Shown here: positions 10,771 through 24,201 of the stretch, piece after piece
How positions within the stretch are numbered: the first letter of the stretch is position 1
Layout of the letters: every line of letters begins with the position of its first letter
Position numbers and translations under genes: made by a program
The notes under the pieces: generated by a model
What the model saw: only the letters and a program-made list of their open reading frames with translations
Databases searched by the model: none
What the model was told of the DNA's origin: nothing
Assembly: GCA_001662655.1 (NCBI GenBank)
Contig: KV460241.1
Length of the DNA: 64,000 nucleotides
Origin: Pseudogymnoascus verrucosus
Lineage: Eukaryota
Direction: 5' to 3' (one strand)

Positions 10771-13700
10771 ATCTTAGTTTGACATTGATAAAGATTCCAA
10801 GTTTCCGCTTCGTAATAAAAAGAGAGCAAGCTCGGACTCCCTCGAATAGATGATGTTTCGAAAAGGTTCGGTTGTCCGGAGATTGAGGAAAGAGCGATTG
10901 TAGACAGAACGACCAGTCGCGACCGTCAGATTATGGGCAAATATTAAGCGTCAAGGAGAGAAAGTTTGGGAGAACACGATTAGGTGATTCAGTGATTCAG
11001 TTTCCTGATGCTGGAAACCGTGATACGTGGGTTGCTCAACTGAAATGTGGTGTTCAGGTACAGGGCGGTCTGTATGGTGGTCGGGGATCGAGGGCGATTA
11101 TTGGCGTGGAGAGATGAAAGGGAAATCAATCATCAACTTTGTAACGAGAGTGAAGTTGGCGCAGCAATAATCACAGAACGACGACGGTGCAATGGCGATG
11201 ACGGCCGGAAATGCGACAAAAAAAGGACAACCAGACCACGACCTTTGGGAAGATGTCGAGAGTCTAAAGGTGTCGTGAGGAAAGAAAAGGGAGCAATGGG
11301 AGTTTGAGGTCGAAATGTCAGGAGTTTTGCAAGTACAGCGATGCACGGCTGGTTTGTTGGCCTATAGTGGTTTGTAGTGGGGACCAGGCATTCCAAGTTA
11401 CGACCCCAGCGTAAAGTAGTATGGAAATATGGGAAAAGTACATACAGGACTAGATTAGGAGAGGACTAGGAGTGTGCATTAAGGGGATTATTACAGAGCA
11501 TTCTACTAGTAAAATATGGTATATTTAAATTTAGAATGCAAGTGTGTGTACTCTATAATGAAGTACTACTGCAGGAAATGGTGTATTGTAATTGTTCCAT
11601 CCAGGACAGAGGACTCCACTGTTCAACCATATCAGAGGGCTGGGGGGTTGGTGTACTGGGGCTGGGTAAAAAGAAAAGGAAAGGGCTGGGTCCTGGCTGT
11701 ACACGGCGGTGTTGTACCTACAACAGAATTGTGGAGGAGCTGGAGGTGGAGAGGAGCAAGCATCCACACATCTGACGATACCAGCGATTGCCAGCGATTA
11801 CCAGCCGTCCATACCAGCGATATCCATATGGTTGGCTTTTCATACAAGAAGAACAGAGATTCCGCCGTGTCGGTGGTGTCTTCATTCTTATAGAAATGCA
11901 ACGGTATGCAGCTGAGTAGATATCTTCACTACGAATACTACTCTACACGCATCATGGGCATTTCTCCCCAAATAGCTCAGCTCAGCTCAGTTGTCACGGC
12001 CGAGCCGAGCCCAATCCCTCTCTAGAGTCTGGTTGCTGGTTGCTGGTTGTCCAGTAGGAGACTATTACCGGTCGCTGTTCCCGGTGTCAACAAAACGGAA
12101 CCAGAAAACCAGACCGTCACTGCAAACACTACTCTACCCCTAAAAATACCTCGCACAGCAAACTGCATAAAATATCCTCACTACACAGCACACTAAGCAT
12201 TTTCTTCCACGCTCTTCTCCAGCACTTCCCAATGGGAATCCACAGCGCCTGTGACAGTGACGTCGTGCCTCTTTTCCCACAGCGCGCACTCCGTAGTCGA
12301 ATGCGGAAAACTTGGAAAAAATACATGCACATCTGGGTTTCTTATCGCCAGCCCCTGAGATCCGCATCGTTCCCCATTCCTATCGGGGTTTAGCGCGGGA
12401 CACTTGGGACACCTCAAACAGCATCAGGTAAGCGTGAGGCAAGATTTCAGGCAAGTGACCGGCCCCTGTCGAGCGTTTCGCAGTGCTAAACACCCACCAC
12501 CACACTCGACAACTCGACAGGCTCCTTGCGTTTCTGGTACTACGGCTCGCCCCACCAATAAATCGCCCACTGCGGGTTCCGGAGCTTCCGTGGTACAACT
12601 AAACTCGGGACTTTTGCTGTGCTCACTCTAACTCATCATAGCAACAAATCTTCGAAAATACCCTCGTCTACTGCTTTTACAGACTGCTCTACGATGGCCT
12701 CCTACCTCTCAACTCCGGTATTTTCCAGGCTTACACCAATGATCTATAATACTCTACTCTGGAAAGATCCAAAGGGTCGAAAATAGGAGTGACGGCATCG
12801 TAAAGCTGACCATACATGGTTTACGAGGTACATTCATCCCATGTACACCACACAGAACAGAACAGGTACCTGGATGCCACACACTCAACTTGTCCCGCCC
12901 CCCCCCTTCGACAATTTCATTGGCTAATTGACTGCCATAGCCCACTGTGTGCAGGCACAATAGAAGCACTCCGCTGAACCATGCGCAAGAGATGCTCCCG
13001 TACCGCTAGATCCAGGAATAATCACCGGAATGGGCCCATGTTTCGGATATTGTTGTTGTTATGTAAATTAGCATCCTGCAAGAGTCGCCACAGTGGTTGG
13101 GGGTTTGTTGCCACATGATAGTTAGGGGGAGAAAGGGCCAAAGGGCCTTTCAAGTGGCTGAGGTCTTGGTGCTTGTGTTCAGGGTGAGTGTACATGGTTG
13201 GTTTCTGTGTGTTCCCGATGATAGACGTCGGTTGGTGGCTACAAACCAGTCGTGGTCGGACACCAGTGGTTGGTTTCTTCGTCAGAACCTGATAACTGAG
13301 GAACCTGAGAATCCTGCTTGGTCGGGCACTGGAACAAATCTGTGAAAGATGGCGGTGTACCGTACAGTTACAGTGCTGCACATACCCCATTGGTCAGCGA
13401 TGGGCGATGGGCATCTCGAAACAGTGCAATCAACAGCAGTAAGATTACTGTGAGTCCATGGGGCTATGTCCGTGTTGGAGAGCAGTATCACAGTTTGCCC
13501 CTGAGCAGCACTCGCTTCACCAATCACGTGCCCAGTCCTGGCCGTTGCCCGTGGGCGATGGGCACAGAACAGAACAGAGACTATCGACACGGTAGAGTGC
13601 GGTATGGTGCGGTATAGTGCTCGTACCAATCTTGTTCCTGGGCGTGTTCCAGTAGGGGAGGAGGGGACTTCGTACAGACTCCTTACACCCAATATTGGCT

Positions 13701-14634
13701 CGTAGCTGATTTATATCAGGATACGAAGCAGGACCCCGAGGCACCCGGCTTTACATATATACTGTCTGGTAAACTCAGCCGCCCACAACCCGCACAACCC
13801 GCACCCTGATGATGCCGCATTTCTTGCCTCATACTGTGCATTTCTCCGCAAAGATTCTCAGAATGAAAGCCCGTAAAGACATTTCGACGCGCGTATTGCA
13901 TGTGCCCAGCGTGTGCCCAGCGTGTGCCCAGCGCAAATGGGAGACATCACAATGCAAACTTTCTCCGCAATCTCGTACTATAGTACCAGCACAGTGACTC
14001 TAGTTCATCTTGGATTTGCACAGCCCACCTGCTCCGAGGGACCGCTGCCGTTGCCGTTCAAGCCCTAAAGTGTGCTCGTCACTGCTTTTTACTACTTTCG
14101 TCCTCGGCGTTAATCCGCTTGTACCCAAAACTTCGATTAACCCCTTGAACCACCCTGCTCCAGTCACCCACAGCCAATCCCTTCTCACTACCAAGGCCCA
14201 TCCAAGGCCCCTCCAAGTCCCCTCTCCCCCAATCCCCCAAGGCTCCTAAGAGACCCTAAGGTCCATCTGAGGTAGTACCGCCAATGCCCCCTGACGCCCC
14301 AAGATTGATTGATCTGGGTAGAGATATGAAGCATCGTCGGACCGCCTTTGTTTGATCTTGCTCGTATTTCCCTCCTCTTGTCTCTGTATTCATCTTCCTG
14401 CCGTTCGCACCTTCCTTTCTGTGCGAATTGCTGCGTCTTTTTTCTCTCAGTCGCGCCTTCTCGACACTCTTTTAACAACTATTAAACTACTTACCTTTGG
14501 GTTTCTTTCGTTAACTTAACAATTGATCGTCCAATTGACTAAACGGCTCCAACTATCTTTCCAAGTATCGCAATCATCATCAACAGACCCAGTTCTTACG
14601 ATTCCGATCTTCAGAGAGAGTTTACAAGATCATC

Positions 14635-16354
14635 ATGAAGTCCTACAGTCTTGCGTCTGCTGCGGCTACAGCATTCGCTGGAGCTGCCCTGCTTGTCTCA
14701 TCTGTCAAGGCGGATGTGGACCCCATCGTGATCAAGGTTTGTTAATGTCTACCCCAACCTCGCATTGAGCTTCCCCTCACATATCCCAGGGCTCCCACTT
14801 CTTCTACAAGACGAACGGCACCGAATTCTTCATTAAGGGTATCGCATACCAGCAAGAGGCAGCCGCCAACGGCACCGCGTCCACCTCGATCGATTTCACC
14901 GACCCTCTGGCTGATGAGGCCAGCTGCGCTCGCGATGTGCCATTGTTGGCTGAGCTCGGCACCAACGTTGTCCGCGTCTACGCGATTGACCCCACTAAGG
15001 ACCACAAGAAGTGCATGACTCTCCTCGAGGAGGCCGGCATCTACGTTATCCAGGATCTTTCCAACCCCCAGAACTCCATCATTCGCGACCAGCCGGAATG
15101 GACCACCTCCATCTTCGCGGGCTATGCCGCTGTCATCGACGAGATGGCCCAATTCACCAACACCCTAGGCTTCTTTGCTGGTAACGAAGTCTCCAACCAG
15201 GCTAACAACACCGACGCCAGTGCTTTCGTCAAGGCCTCCGTTCGTGATTCCAAGGCTTACATCAAGGCCAAGGGTTACAGAGCTATCGGTGTCGGTTACG
15301 CTACCAACGATGATGCTGAGATCCGTGACGATCTTGCTGATTACTTCAACTGCGGAAAGGCCGAGGAGTCCATCGACTTCTGGGGTTACAACATCTACTC
15401 TTGGTGCGGAAAGTCTACCTTCCAGAAGTCCGGATATGATGTCAGGACCAAGGAGTTCGAGACCTACAACGTTCCCGCTTTCTTCGCTGAGTACGGTTGC
15501 AACGAGCCATCTCCCCGTGTCTTCACTGAGGTTGAGGCTATCTACGGTCCCCAGATGACTGGTGTCTGGTCCGGTGGTATCGTCTACATGTACTTCCAGG
15601 AGGCCAACAACTACGGTAAGTCCCTCGCCGAGCTATATTATCTCAGAATATCGTCTAACAGCGCACAGGTCTCGTCCAGGTCAAGGACAACGCCGTCTCC
15701 AAGCTCGCTGATTTCAAGGTCCTCGCCAGCCAGGTTGCCAAGGTCTCTCCCAGCGGCGTCTCCATGGCTTCCTACACCCCCACCAACACTGCTGCCCGCA
15801 CCTGCCCATCTGTCAACGCCGGCTGGGCCGCCAGCAGCACCCTCCCCCCGGCAGCCAACTCCCAGGTCTGCGACTGCATGGTCAAGTCCCTCAGCTGCAA
15901 GGCCAAGTCCGGCATGAAGGGCAAGGACATCGCCACTCAATTCGACTACGTCTGCGGTAACGACGCTGCCGCCTGCGCCGGCATCAACGCCAACGCCACC
16001 ACCGGCAAGTACGGCGCCTACTCCATGTGCACGTCCGAGCAGAAGCTCTCCTTCGCCTTCGACCAGTACTACCAGTCCCAAGGCAGCAAGGCCACCGCCT
16101 GCGACTTCAGCGGCACCGCCGAGATCCAGGCTGGCTCCACCGCCAGTGAGTGCACCACGCTCCTCGCGGCTGCTGGCAAGGATGGCTCCGGAACCGTCGG
16201 CTCTGTCGGCACTAGCACTGGCGGCAGCGCCTCGGAGACCTCTACGAACGCTGCTGCTGGCTCCATGGTCCCGCGCTTCGAGATGGGTGCTCTGTCCATG
16301 GGCTCGTACGTCTTCGCTACCGTGCTTGCGGGTATGGGTATGATTCTTCTGTAA
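14635..16354 (+). CDS. GPI-anchored 1,3-beta-glucanosyltransferase (GH72 plus Cys-box/X8-CBM43), GAS/GEL family
   Basis: Exons 14635-14736, 14790-15615, 15669-16354 (537 aa). Signal peptide, VDPIVIKGSHFF, KGIAYQ, catalytic FFAGNEV and FFAEYGCN, Cys-rich X8 domain ([10 protein letters not shown]...YGAYSMC), S/T/G-rich stalk and hydrophobic GPI tail. Confidence 0.96.
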
Positions 16355-16856
16355 ACCAAAAATCAAGAAACCAAGAAACGCAATAATCCAAATTCAAAGT
16401 TTTGGGGGGCGCTTATTATCCATAGTCGTGGTGTGTGTGTTTTTTTTTATGTTTATACCTGAGTAGTTGTAGTGAGGGAGGGAGGGGACCATGTTTTTAT
16501 TTTTATGATTCTTTTGGAGCATTCATTGCTGGTGGATGATGGGGTGCGAGTTTCAATCAAAGATATCTTTTGAGTTTGGCTTGGCATGAGGTTGGATAGT
16601 GGTGGATAGAGGGGGGTGTGTGTAGTAGTGTATTGGGAAGTAATTCGTGCTTAATTAGATGGTTTGTGCACGTATTTTTTGACTTGGCTATGCTGTGTGT
16701 GATTGTGCTGTCTGTATATGTATTAAGTTATGTGGTTTATTCCTCTGTTCCCCTAAAGCACTGGTCTTGTAGCTGGCTTATCGGTTTTGGATAGCTTCGG
16801 ATAGCTTATCACCACTCGTTGCCCCACCAACATACGTACCCGTAAACACTAATCGA

Positions 16857-16880
16857 TCGACGACGACGACGACGACGACG
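16857..16880. repeat. (CGA)n microsatellite
   Basis: About 8 copies of CGA upstream of the SprT gene. Confidence 0.8.
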
Positions 16881-17020
16881 AAGGTCTCGAGAAATTCAAT
16901 CAGCGACCCTTATACGACACCGACAATCTGTATTTCTAGGCAGCAGGGCAGAGCAGAACAGCACGCGGACTGCTGCGAGGCAATTAATACACCCGACTGG
17001 AACTGGCGAATAGGAACAAC

Positions 17021-19258
17021 ATGGCGCGCCGCGCGATAGTGATCGAAGACAGCGAGGACGAACTACCTGAGCTGGGGACGATTTTTAAGGCTAAGGAGCT
17101 TAAGACTATAGGAGATGGGGCGAAAAAAACAGAGTCGAAGAAGGGGACGATGAGGAGGAGGGTGTTGAATGGGGTGTCTGATAATCCGCTTTTGAGACCG
17201 CTGGGGAAAGAGTTGGGAAGGGAGAAAGATGGGAGGGTGAGAGGGAAGGGGAGGGCGGCTTCATCGGCGCTGGTATCTGCTTCCGCTTCTGGGGGCGTGG
17301 GCGTGAGTGTTGTGGAACCCGCGAAGGAGGAGGCGACACAGAGGAGGGCGAGGAAGATGGGGAGGACCGCGGTGGGGGACCAGAAGAAGGCGGAGATACT
17401 GGAATGCTTGGAGAGCTTAAGTGATAGCTTTGATAAAGGGGTGAATGGAATTGGGAAGGGCATGGATATGATTGAGGGAATCAATGAGGAGATTAAGATG
17501 CCTCGTGGGACGGGGAAAGCCGCAGTTGAGCAGGCACTGGACGATGATGTGGAAGTAGGCAAGGTGGCGGAGGATTTGGAAGGGCTGCAACTGGAGGAGG
17601 AAGAAGATGTTGCGAAGCCGAAACCGCGCAGAGGGAGGGTGGTGAAACCTGTTGCTGCTATACAGGCCGAGACGGAAGAAGAGGAAGACGATTCGCCAGT
17701 TCTTGATATGAGGTCGAGGAGGGTGAGGACGGGCAAGCCTGCTGCTATCGTACGGGCTAAGACCCCGGAGGAGGAAGATGATTCGCTTGTTGAGGATGAG
17801 GAGGACGACATGTCTGATTTTATCGTGAGCGATGATTCTTCGATAGAGGAGCTTGAGGAGGAGGAAGATGATCTCAGTCCGGTGCCAGCACCAAAGTCTG
17901 TGAGAAAATTGGTGCGAGGAAGGCGACCAGATACATCGTCGCAACCGGAGGCGCCAAAAGTAAAGGAAACCCAAGCTTTACATCTCGATTGGAGCGATGA
18001 CGATACTAAGGAGGAGAGTGTGGTGCCACGTCCAGTCACAAGACGTCTATTCCCCACACAGAAAGACCAAGACACGACTGGAAACTCCGAGGAAGAATGT
18101 CCCATCCTCACCTACGACCCACCAACCAGCAAAGCAAGCCGCAAACCCGCAAAGAAAACAATCTTCACAACCCCCCCACCAAGCCCAAAAAAGACCCTCG
18201 TCTCGCCCAAAAAGGCTCCCAGAATCCCCACCGCCACACACAGCCCCAGCACAGACGACTTCTGGAAAGCCGACGTAGTCAACGACTGGAACGACGAGTT
18301 CTCCCCCCAGAAACCCCTTCGGTCCCTCAATCTCGTCCCAACCCCCGAAGACCTCACCGGGTCCCCCCGAAAAGCTCCCGCCGCGAAGAAAGACAAAGCG
18401 CTCATAGAACGAAAGAAGTTGTTCAACGAGAACAAACACGCCATCGCGCTCTCCTTCCTCCGCGAACTCGACTCGGAAATCACAGACGGCAAAGTCTCCG
18501 CCCTCGCCGCCAGCACGGGCGGAATATCCATCATCTGGTCCAAGAAACTCAACACCACCGCCGGGCGCGCAAACTGGAAGCGCGAAGCCATCCGCTCTCG
18601 TCCCCTCTCCCCCAACCTCCCCCCCACCACCACCTACCGTCACCACGCCTCCATCGAGCTCGCCGAAAAAGTAATCGACGACGAAGACCGCCTCCTCAAC
18701 GTCGTAGCGCACGAGTTCTGCCACCTCGCGAACTTCATGGTCAGCGGCGTGACGAATAACCCGCACGGGAAGGAGTTTAAGGCGTGGGCTTCACGGTGTT
18801 CGGCCAGGTTTGGGGGGAGGGGGATTGAGGTTACCACGAAGCATAGTTATGAGATTGCGTTTAAGTATGTGTGGCGGTGCTGCGAGGTGGGGTGTGGGTT
18901 GGAGTTTAAGAGGCATAGTAAGAGTATTGACCCGAAACGGCATAGTTGTGGGCTTTGTAAGGGGAGGTTGGTGCAGACAAGGCCGGTGCCGAGGGCGGGC
19001 GCGGGGGAGGGGGTGGAGAAGGTGATGGGGGAGTATCAGGCGTATGTTAAGGAGAATATTGGGAGGGTTAGAAGGGAGAATTTGGGGAGCCCGCAGAAGG
19101 ATATTATGGCGCTTGTGGGGAGGGGGTATAGGGAGTTGAAGGCGGAGAGGTTGAAGGGGTTGGGGCAGAGTGGGTTGTCGGTTGAGAGTGTGGTGGAGGA
19201 CGATTCGGTGGATTTGATTGTGAAGAAGATTGACTTTCTGGATCTCACGACCCCGTAG
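17021..19258 (+). CDS. SprT-like zinc metalloprotease with long acidic disordered N-terminus (ACRC/GCNA-like architecture)
   Basis: Single 745-aa ORF. WSKKLNTTAGRA, HEFCH zincin motif, PHGKEFK, Cys zinc ribbon (CCEVGC...CGLC) and a C-terminal HMG-like helix. Confidence 0.9.
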   Translation: MARRAIVIEDSEDELPELGTIFKAKELKTIGDGAKKTESKKGTMRRRVLNGVSDNPLLRPLGKELGREKDGRVRGKGRAASSALVSASASGGVGVSVVEPAKEEATQRRARKMGRTAVGDQKKAEILECLESLSDSFDKGVNGIGKGMDMIEGINEEIKMPRGTGKAAVEQALDDDVEVGKVAEDLEGLQLEEEEDVAKPKPRRGRVVKPVAAIQAETEEEEDDSPVLDMRSRRVRTGKPAAIVRAKTPEEEDDSLVEDEEDDMSDFIVSDDSSIEELEEEEDDLSPVPAPKSVRKLVRGRRPDTSSQPEAPKVKETQALHLDWSDDDTKEESVVPRPVTRRLFPTQKDQDTTGNSEEECPILTYDPPTSKASRKPAKKTIFTTPPPSPKKTLVSPKKAPRIPTATHSPSTDDFWKADVVNDWNDEFSPQKPLRSLNLVPTPEDLTGSPRKAPAAKKDKALIERKKLFNENKHAIALSFLRELDSEITDGKVSALAASTGGISIIWSKKLNTTAGRANWKREAIRSRPLSPNLPPTTTYRHHASIELAEKVIDDEDRLLNVVAHEFCHLANFMVSGVTNNPHGKEFKAWASRCSARFGGRGIEVTTKHSYEIAFKYVWRCCEVGCGLEFKRHSKSIDPKRHSCGLCKGRLVQTRPVPRAGAGEGVEKVMGEYQAYVKENIGRVRRENLGSPQKDIMALVGRGYRELKAERLKGLGQSGLSVESVVEDDSVDLIVKKIDFLDLTTP

Positions 19259-19627
19259 GAGGGTAGCTTGGGTGCGGCGGAGGTCTCGCTTTAAGCGTGG
19301 TTATATATCTATCTACCTAATTGAAAGCCGTAGAGCTTGTCATAATTGTTCATGAAGTTAACTCGGGGGATATTCATCTTCAAAGTCATGTACCTTCTCA
19401 TCCCACCCTTTCCCAATCCTTCTGCCACTTCCACAACCTTCCGTCAAGCATACTTGCTTATATCATTCAAAACCACAACCTCGCCACCCCCCGCATCCCT
19501 CCCCCCCCTTCCTATCCTTCTGCCATTTCCATAGCCTTCCCTCAAGCATACTTGCTTATATCATTCAAATCTCCAATCTCCCGCCCTCCTCCTCGCATCC
19601 TCTCCCTACCTCCCAACCACCACACAC

Positions 19628-20396
19628 CTAAGCCTCATCAAAAAGCCCCCAATCCCTAATCTTTAAGCTCTCCCAAATCACCGACGCATACTCAACTGCA
19701 TTACTAATCAGCTTCCCCTGCCTCCCCAACTCCAGATCCACATCCTCCTCCGAATACTCCCCCTTGATATGCGGCACATTAATCGTAATCAGCACATCCG
19801 TCTTCTCCCTCTCCAGACGGATCAGATTCAGCACAATGGCTGTGAAATCCGGCGCCGGGTTGCGCGCTTCTGGGTCTGGCCGCGGGGTTTGCGTCGCGAT
19901 CAGGGTGTAGGCTGGGGTGTCGGGTCTGTTCATCTCAGTTAGTTAATCAGTCTGTCTGTTGGTCTCTGGGCACGTGATTGCGGGGTAGTTAGACGCAGAG
20001 AGAGGCCTATGGTGGGGGAAGTAAGGCAGGGCGCAAGAGACATACGGTAGGTTGGAGAACTGCGTATCAGTCGTGCTCCAGACTTTGAGCAGATCAGAGT
20101 CGGAATCGACAATGTCCTCGAGGTGGATGGTCAGCGCAGCGCCATCGGTGGCGTCAGTGCTGCCAGCGGGGCCGACGCGCTCGGTGATGTCGAAGATGAT
20201 GCTTGTGAATCCCTCTTTGTCCAGGTAGACTTCTTGGTTATCGGGGACTTGACGGATCGTGCTAGGGGAGTTAGATGGGGTGCGATAGAGTCGGGAGGAG
20301 AGGGGGGAGGGTGAAGCACCTGACGTCTGCGAAGGTGGTGGGGAGCTCTGCTGTGAGTGCCCCGCCAAAGAGAGGTGTTTTTCGGTATGAGGGCAT
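19628..20396 (-). CDS. MOG1: Ran guanine-nucleotide release factor Mog1 (Mog1/PsbP fold)
   Basis: Exons 20396-20320, 20261-20046, 19925-19628 (196 aa). LFGGAL, DVSTIRQVPDNQEV, LIRLEREKTDVLITINVP, IRDWGLF. Confidence 0.92.
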
Positions 20397-21868
20397 GATG
20401 GAGAGTTTGTGCGCTGTGGGAGAGGCTTGGGTTGTAGTTCGTCGGTTTATGTGTCTGTGGTATGAGGTTTTGATGTTTATGTTGCTGCTTAAGGTTGATA
20501 GGCCTTGGTAGATGATATGCTGGCTGATGTGCTGGTGTTTCAATTTATTGGCTGCCTACTATAATTGCCTCGCTTCAAGCTGAATGATTGGCGGATGGCA
20601 TGATCGTCATGGTGGAGGGGCGAATTCAAGATTCTGGAAAACTGGTGATACATGCTTTAAATAAGTACGATATTCATATATTTATTATTTACTACTGTGA
20701 ATATATTATTTCTTGAATCAAGACGAGCTGGTGAGCAACCTCCAGGCCACACAAAACACTGTAGTATCTACGCTTTACTCCCCTTCGGGTGGTTTTAACC
20801 CTGGCTTGTAGGAGGTGGATCCATAAACCATAGTGGATAAACACTATTTCTCTACCTGGAAAGGAAACTACGACTCTGGTGCCTTATCAATTCTTATCGC
20901 CGTCGTGGCCAAGGTCGATGAATATCAACATGAAAACCACCCATACCTAAGGGTCCATTGTGCCAAAAATACAAACTCGAACCCACCATCTCCATAGGCG
21001 AGAAATCCAGCAAAAAAATCATTTTTTTGAGCTATTCAGACCATTCTTGACCCATGAGGTATGTAAAATGAAGCTTAAAACGGCAAAAAAGTATTTGATC
21101 TGAACGTATCAGAAGTTTGATTCCAAAGATTTGATGAATGGAGTATTATGGACATGAGCCACGGTCATCTCTGGTAAAAGGCTGTAGGGATAATTAGTAT
21201 GGGTTGCGCGGAGTCACGTGATATTTAAATCAGGAGCGCTTACCAAGAAATGAATGCACTAGCTTGTTCCACTCCATAACTTACGCGGAGCTATTGGGGT
21301 ATATGAGGGTAGATGGGTAAAGACAGAAATTAAATATTTATATTTCCTACTTTCTCACAACAACCAGGGGAATTCAACTATACTAAAGGCCTTACACAGT
21401 GACAAGTATCAACACTTTCAAATTTGAGTTAAAACGTACTATAGGATCTTTTTTTACATAATTTCCAGAGCAGCGGGTTACAATAGTGATAACTCAGCGA
21501 AAGAATTGGTCAATTCATGGCCTTCAGGTTATTACTTTAGCATAGTCACGATGGGAACTCAGCAAAAGAGTGGCACGCTTCTTGAGCTTCAGATAATTAT
21601 AGACTCAGTAGACTCATTAAATTACATCGCTCAGTAGCTAATCCGCTCAGTAGCTAATCGTATAACAACACAAACCGCTAATCAAACATATATGCAAGCA
21701 TATGCAACCACCAAGCCCGACAATGATATGTAACGCCACCCAACCAGACCCCCTCCTATCTCGGCGAAGATTTGCTGTACAGTATATACTGTCAAATGTC
21801 CTATCATACCCATCATATCCATTATATACCATCGGCTCGTCAATCTTACACCATCGTTCCTCTATCGA

Positions 21869-23764
21869 TCAATCGATCTCCCAGCTGTCGCCAAACCCAC
21901 CTGGCGGGCCCCTAACAGCCCTATGCCTCACCATCTGACTGCTCACCGGCGTCTTCGTCCCATAATCATCCACATCCGCATCATCCCACTGATCACACAT
22001 GAAATCGCCATCCCCATAATCCCACTGTCCAACAACCTCCTCCCCTCCCTCATCAACCCCGAAGACAGCACCGCGCCACTGCCCGGCTTTGATCTTCGCC
22101 GCAATCTCAACCATTATCTGTATAAGATGGCTTGGTGGACTCAGGAGGATCTCCCATGTCTTCTGGATGATGGCGGTGGGGAGATGCCGTGCGGTTCTCA
22201 GGTGCCGGGCTCGCGACAGAGATGGGGAGAAGAGATTTGCTGGAGACGGGAGGGGCGAGAGTGCTCGTCTGCGGGATGAGCGCTCGCTGACTGACCTATG
22301 TTTGCGTGTATCTGCGACTACCACTTCCGCTGATGGTGAAGCGTCCTCGTAGACCTCCTCCTCATCGTCGTCCTCCTGAATCTTACGGGCCGGAGTCGGT
22401 GTTGTTGGTGACGGTGGCGACGACTGTAGTAGAGAGCCACTCAATTTGGTTTCTGGGGTATCAACCATTGTCCAGACGCCCGGGGTAGTAGGGGTTTCTG
22501 AGCTGGGGCTAATTGCTAATTCTGAGACATTTTGCGGCTCGAGGGTTCGCTTCGGAAGCTTTATATTATCGTGTGGGTAAGGAAACGTAGTTGGTGTAGA
22601 GGGTCTCGAGTCGGACGAATCTGGAAACATTGGTGTAATGGGGCTGTGCCATGACTGCACCGTGTGGAAAGAGTCCTGGCTCGAGGAGAAGTTGGATAAC
22701 GTTGAGTCCTCGGACTTTCTACCAACTGGCGAGCCAAGAGATAGACCCTTTGTGTTTTTGGAAGGGGGGGAAGTCATCAGCGTCAGTTGTGGAGGTGCTG
22801 TCACTGACCGTCCAGTGTCTAGGACTTCTGGCCGGGTCAAGAGTTCCTGTTTAAATATATGTGGAATAGGGGCCCGAGGAAAGTAATTCCGAGGCGTGAT
22901 GTTTGTATCATCAGTTGCATCGCTGTCGCTGTCCATCTCAGGAACTGCAGGGTGGTCATCTGAGGAAGCAGCGGCATAGTAATCCTCAGTTTTCCTAGAT
23001 TTCGGAGATACGTCCACAGGCGTCTCGGTGTTGACAGATTTGGTGTCTACATTGGCGGAGCTCGGTCGCTCCACAGGTTTCCACGGCTTCTTCTTGACAG
23101 GTGTTTGGGGCGGTTCAGGAAGCTCAATGTGAAAGCTCCTGCTAAATGGGCAGGGCGTCTTCTCAAATAACAAGATTTGGCTCAACACATCCTTGAGCTC
23201 TTGTGATTTCGCCTTGTGATTCGGGTCATCCAGTGGGACCTCAATGCGCCAGAATTGAGGCCGCCTGATCTGCAGGATAAATTTGGTTGCATCGTCGTCC
23301 ACACACCAGCACCTGGATTTCGGTAGCACTGGTTGTATAACACTGCTGCAGTTTATGAATGCAACTGAGCCGGGGGCTCTGTAGATGCGGAGAGGGCCTG
23401 CATATACCAATCGTTAGAAAACAATAAAAAACGCAGACGTTTGTTGTTTTATGACTTGTCACTTACCAACTGCAATGGTTCTCTCGAAGGTAGAAGACCA
23501 TGGTAAAGTCCCAACCTCTTCCTCAACGTCGGCTAGGTTCGGAGTGTTTAGACTTGATCGTCTCTGGAAGGCAGAGGAGGAGCCGAAGGATTCGAAAGAC
23601 ACAATCCGCACCGACGGGTGTATATACAGACTTTCGATAGATTCCGAAGACGCTGGCTTCTCGCGTGGTGTCCAGCTACTCGAAGTGGAGGGTCGTAGAG
23701 GCAGCGTAACTGCGCGCTTCATCATCGACTGCGTCGGAAGCGACGACGGGAGTTCTTGCGCCAT
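21869..23764 (-). CDS. Inp1-domain protein (peroxisome inheritance protein 1-like)
   Basis: Exons 23764-23467, 23397-21869 (608 aa). LYIHPSVRIVSF...LPWSSTFERTIAVGPLRIYRAPGSVAF...PVLPKSRCWCVD...FEKTPCPF resembles the filamentous-fungal Inp1 domain (recognised from memory); S/P-rich tail. Confidence 0.75.
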
Positions 23765-24201
23765 ATTGATATGTGAGAAGCCTGTATTACCTACAGGCTT
23801 TCATCCCATCTCATGCGGCGAGGCTACTCGTGTATAAAGTTCGTATGGCGGCGCATCGGATTCGCGGAGGAAGTCGAGTTGTTTTGTTCGACCTGGGAGA
23901 TTGTTGCATATATTGGGTAGATCCCTAGTGGAGACTCGGTGACACTCCTCTTTCTGGGGGAGGTCATTAATGAGAAGCTATCACAAAAAAATGTGTCGCA
24001 GAGTCACTGTCTCACAACATACTGGTACTGGTAACTGTGAAGATAGGGCGCGGCTGGGGATCTCTAGCGTCCCGGCCCCTTGACGGCGATGACGATCCGG
24101 TGCCGCAAGCTCCACAACTAGCGAGGCTGGGAAACAGGGCCATATCTACCCCACGTAATATCTTATAGTCGCGTGCAACACAACATAACCTCACCACCAC
24201 A

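Noticed and set aside
16984..18766. 375-aa and 239-aa - strand ORFs
   Set aside because: Antisense to the low-complexity SprT gene.
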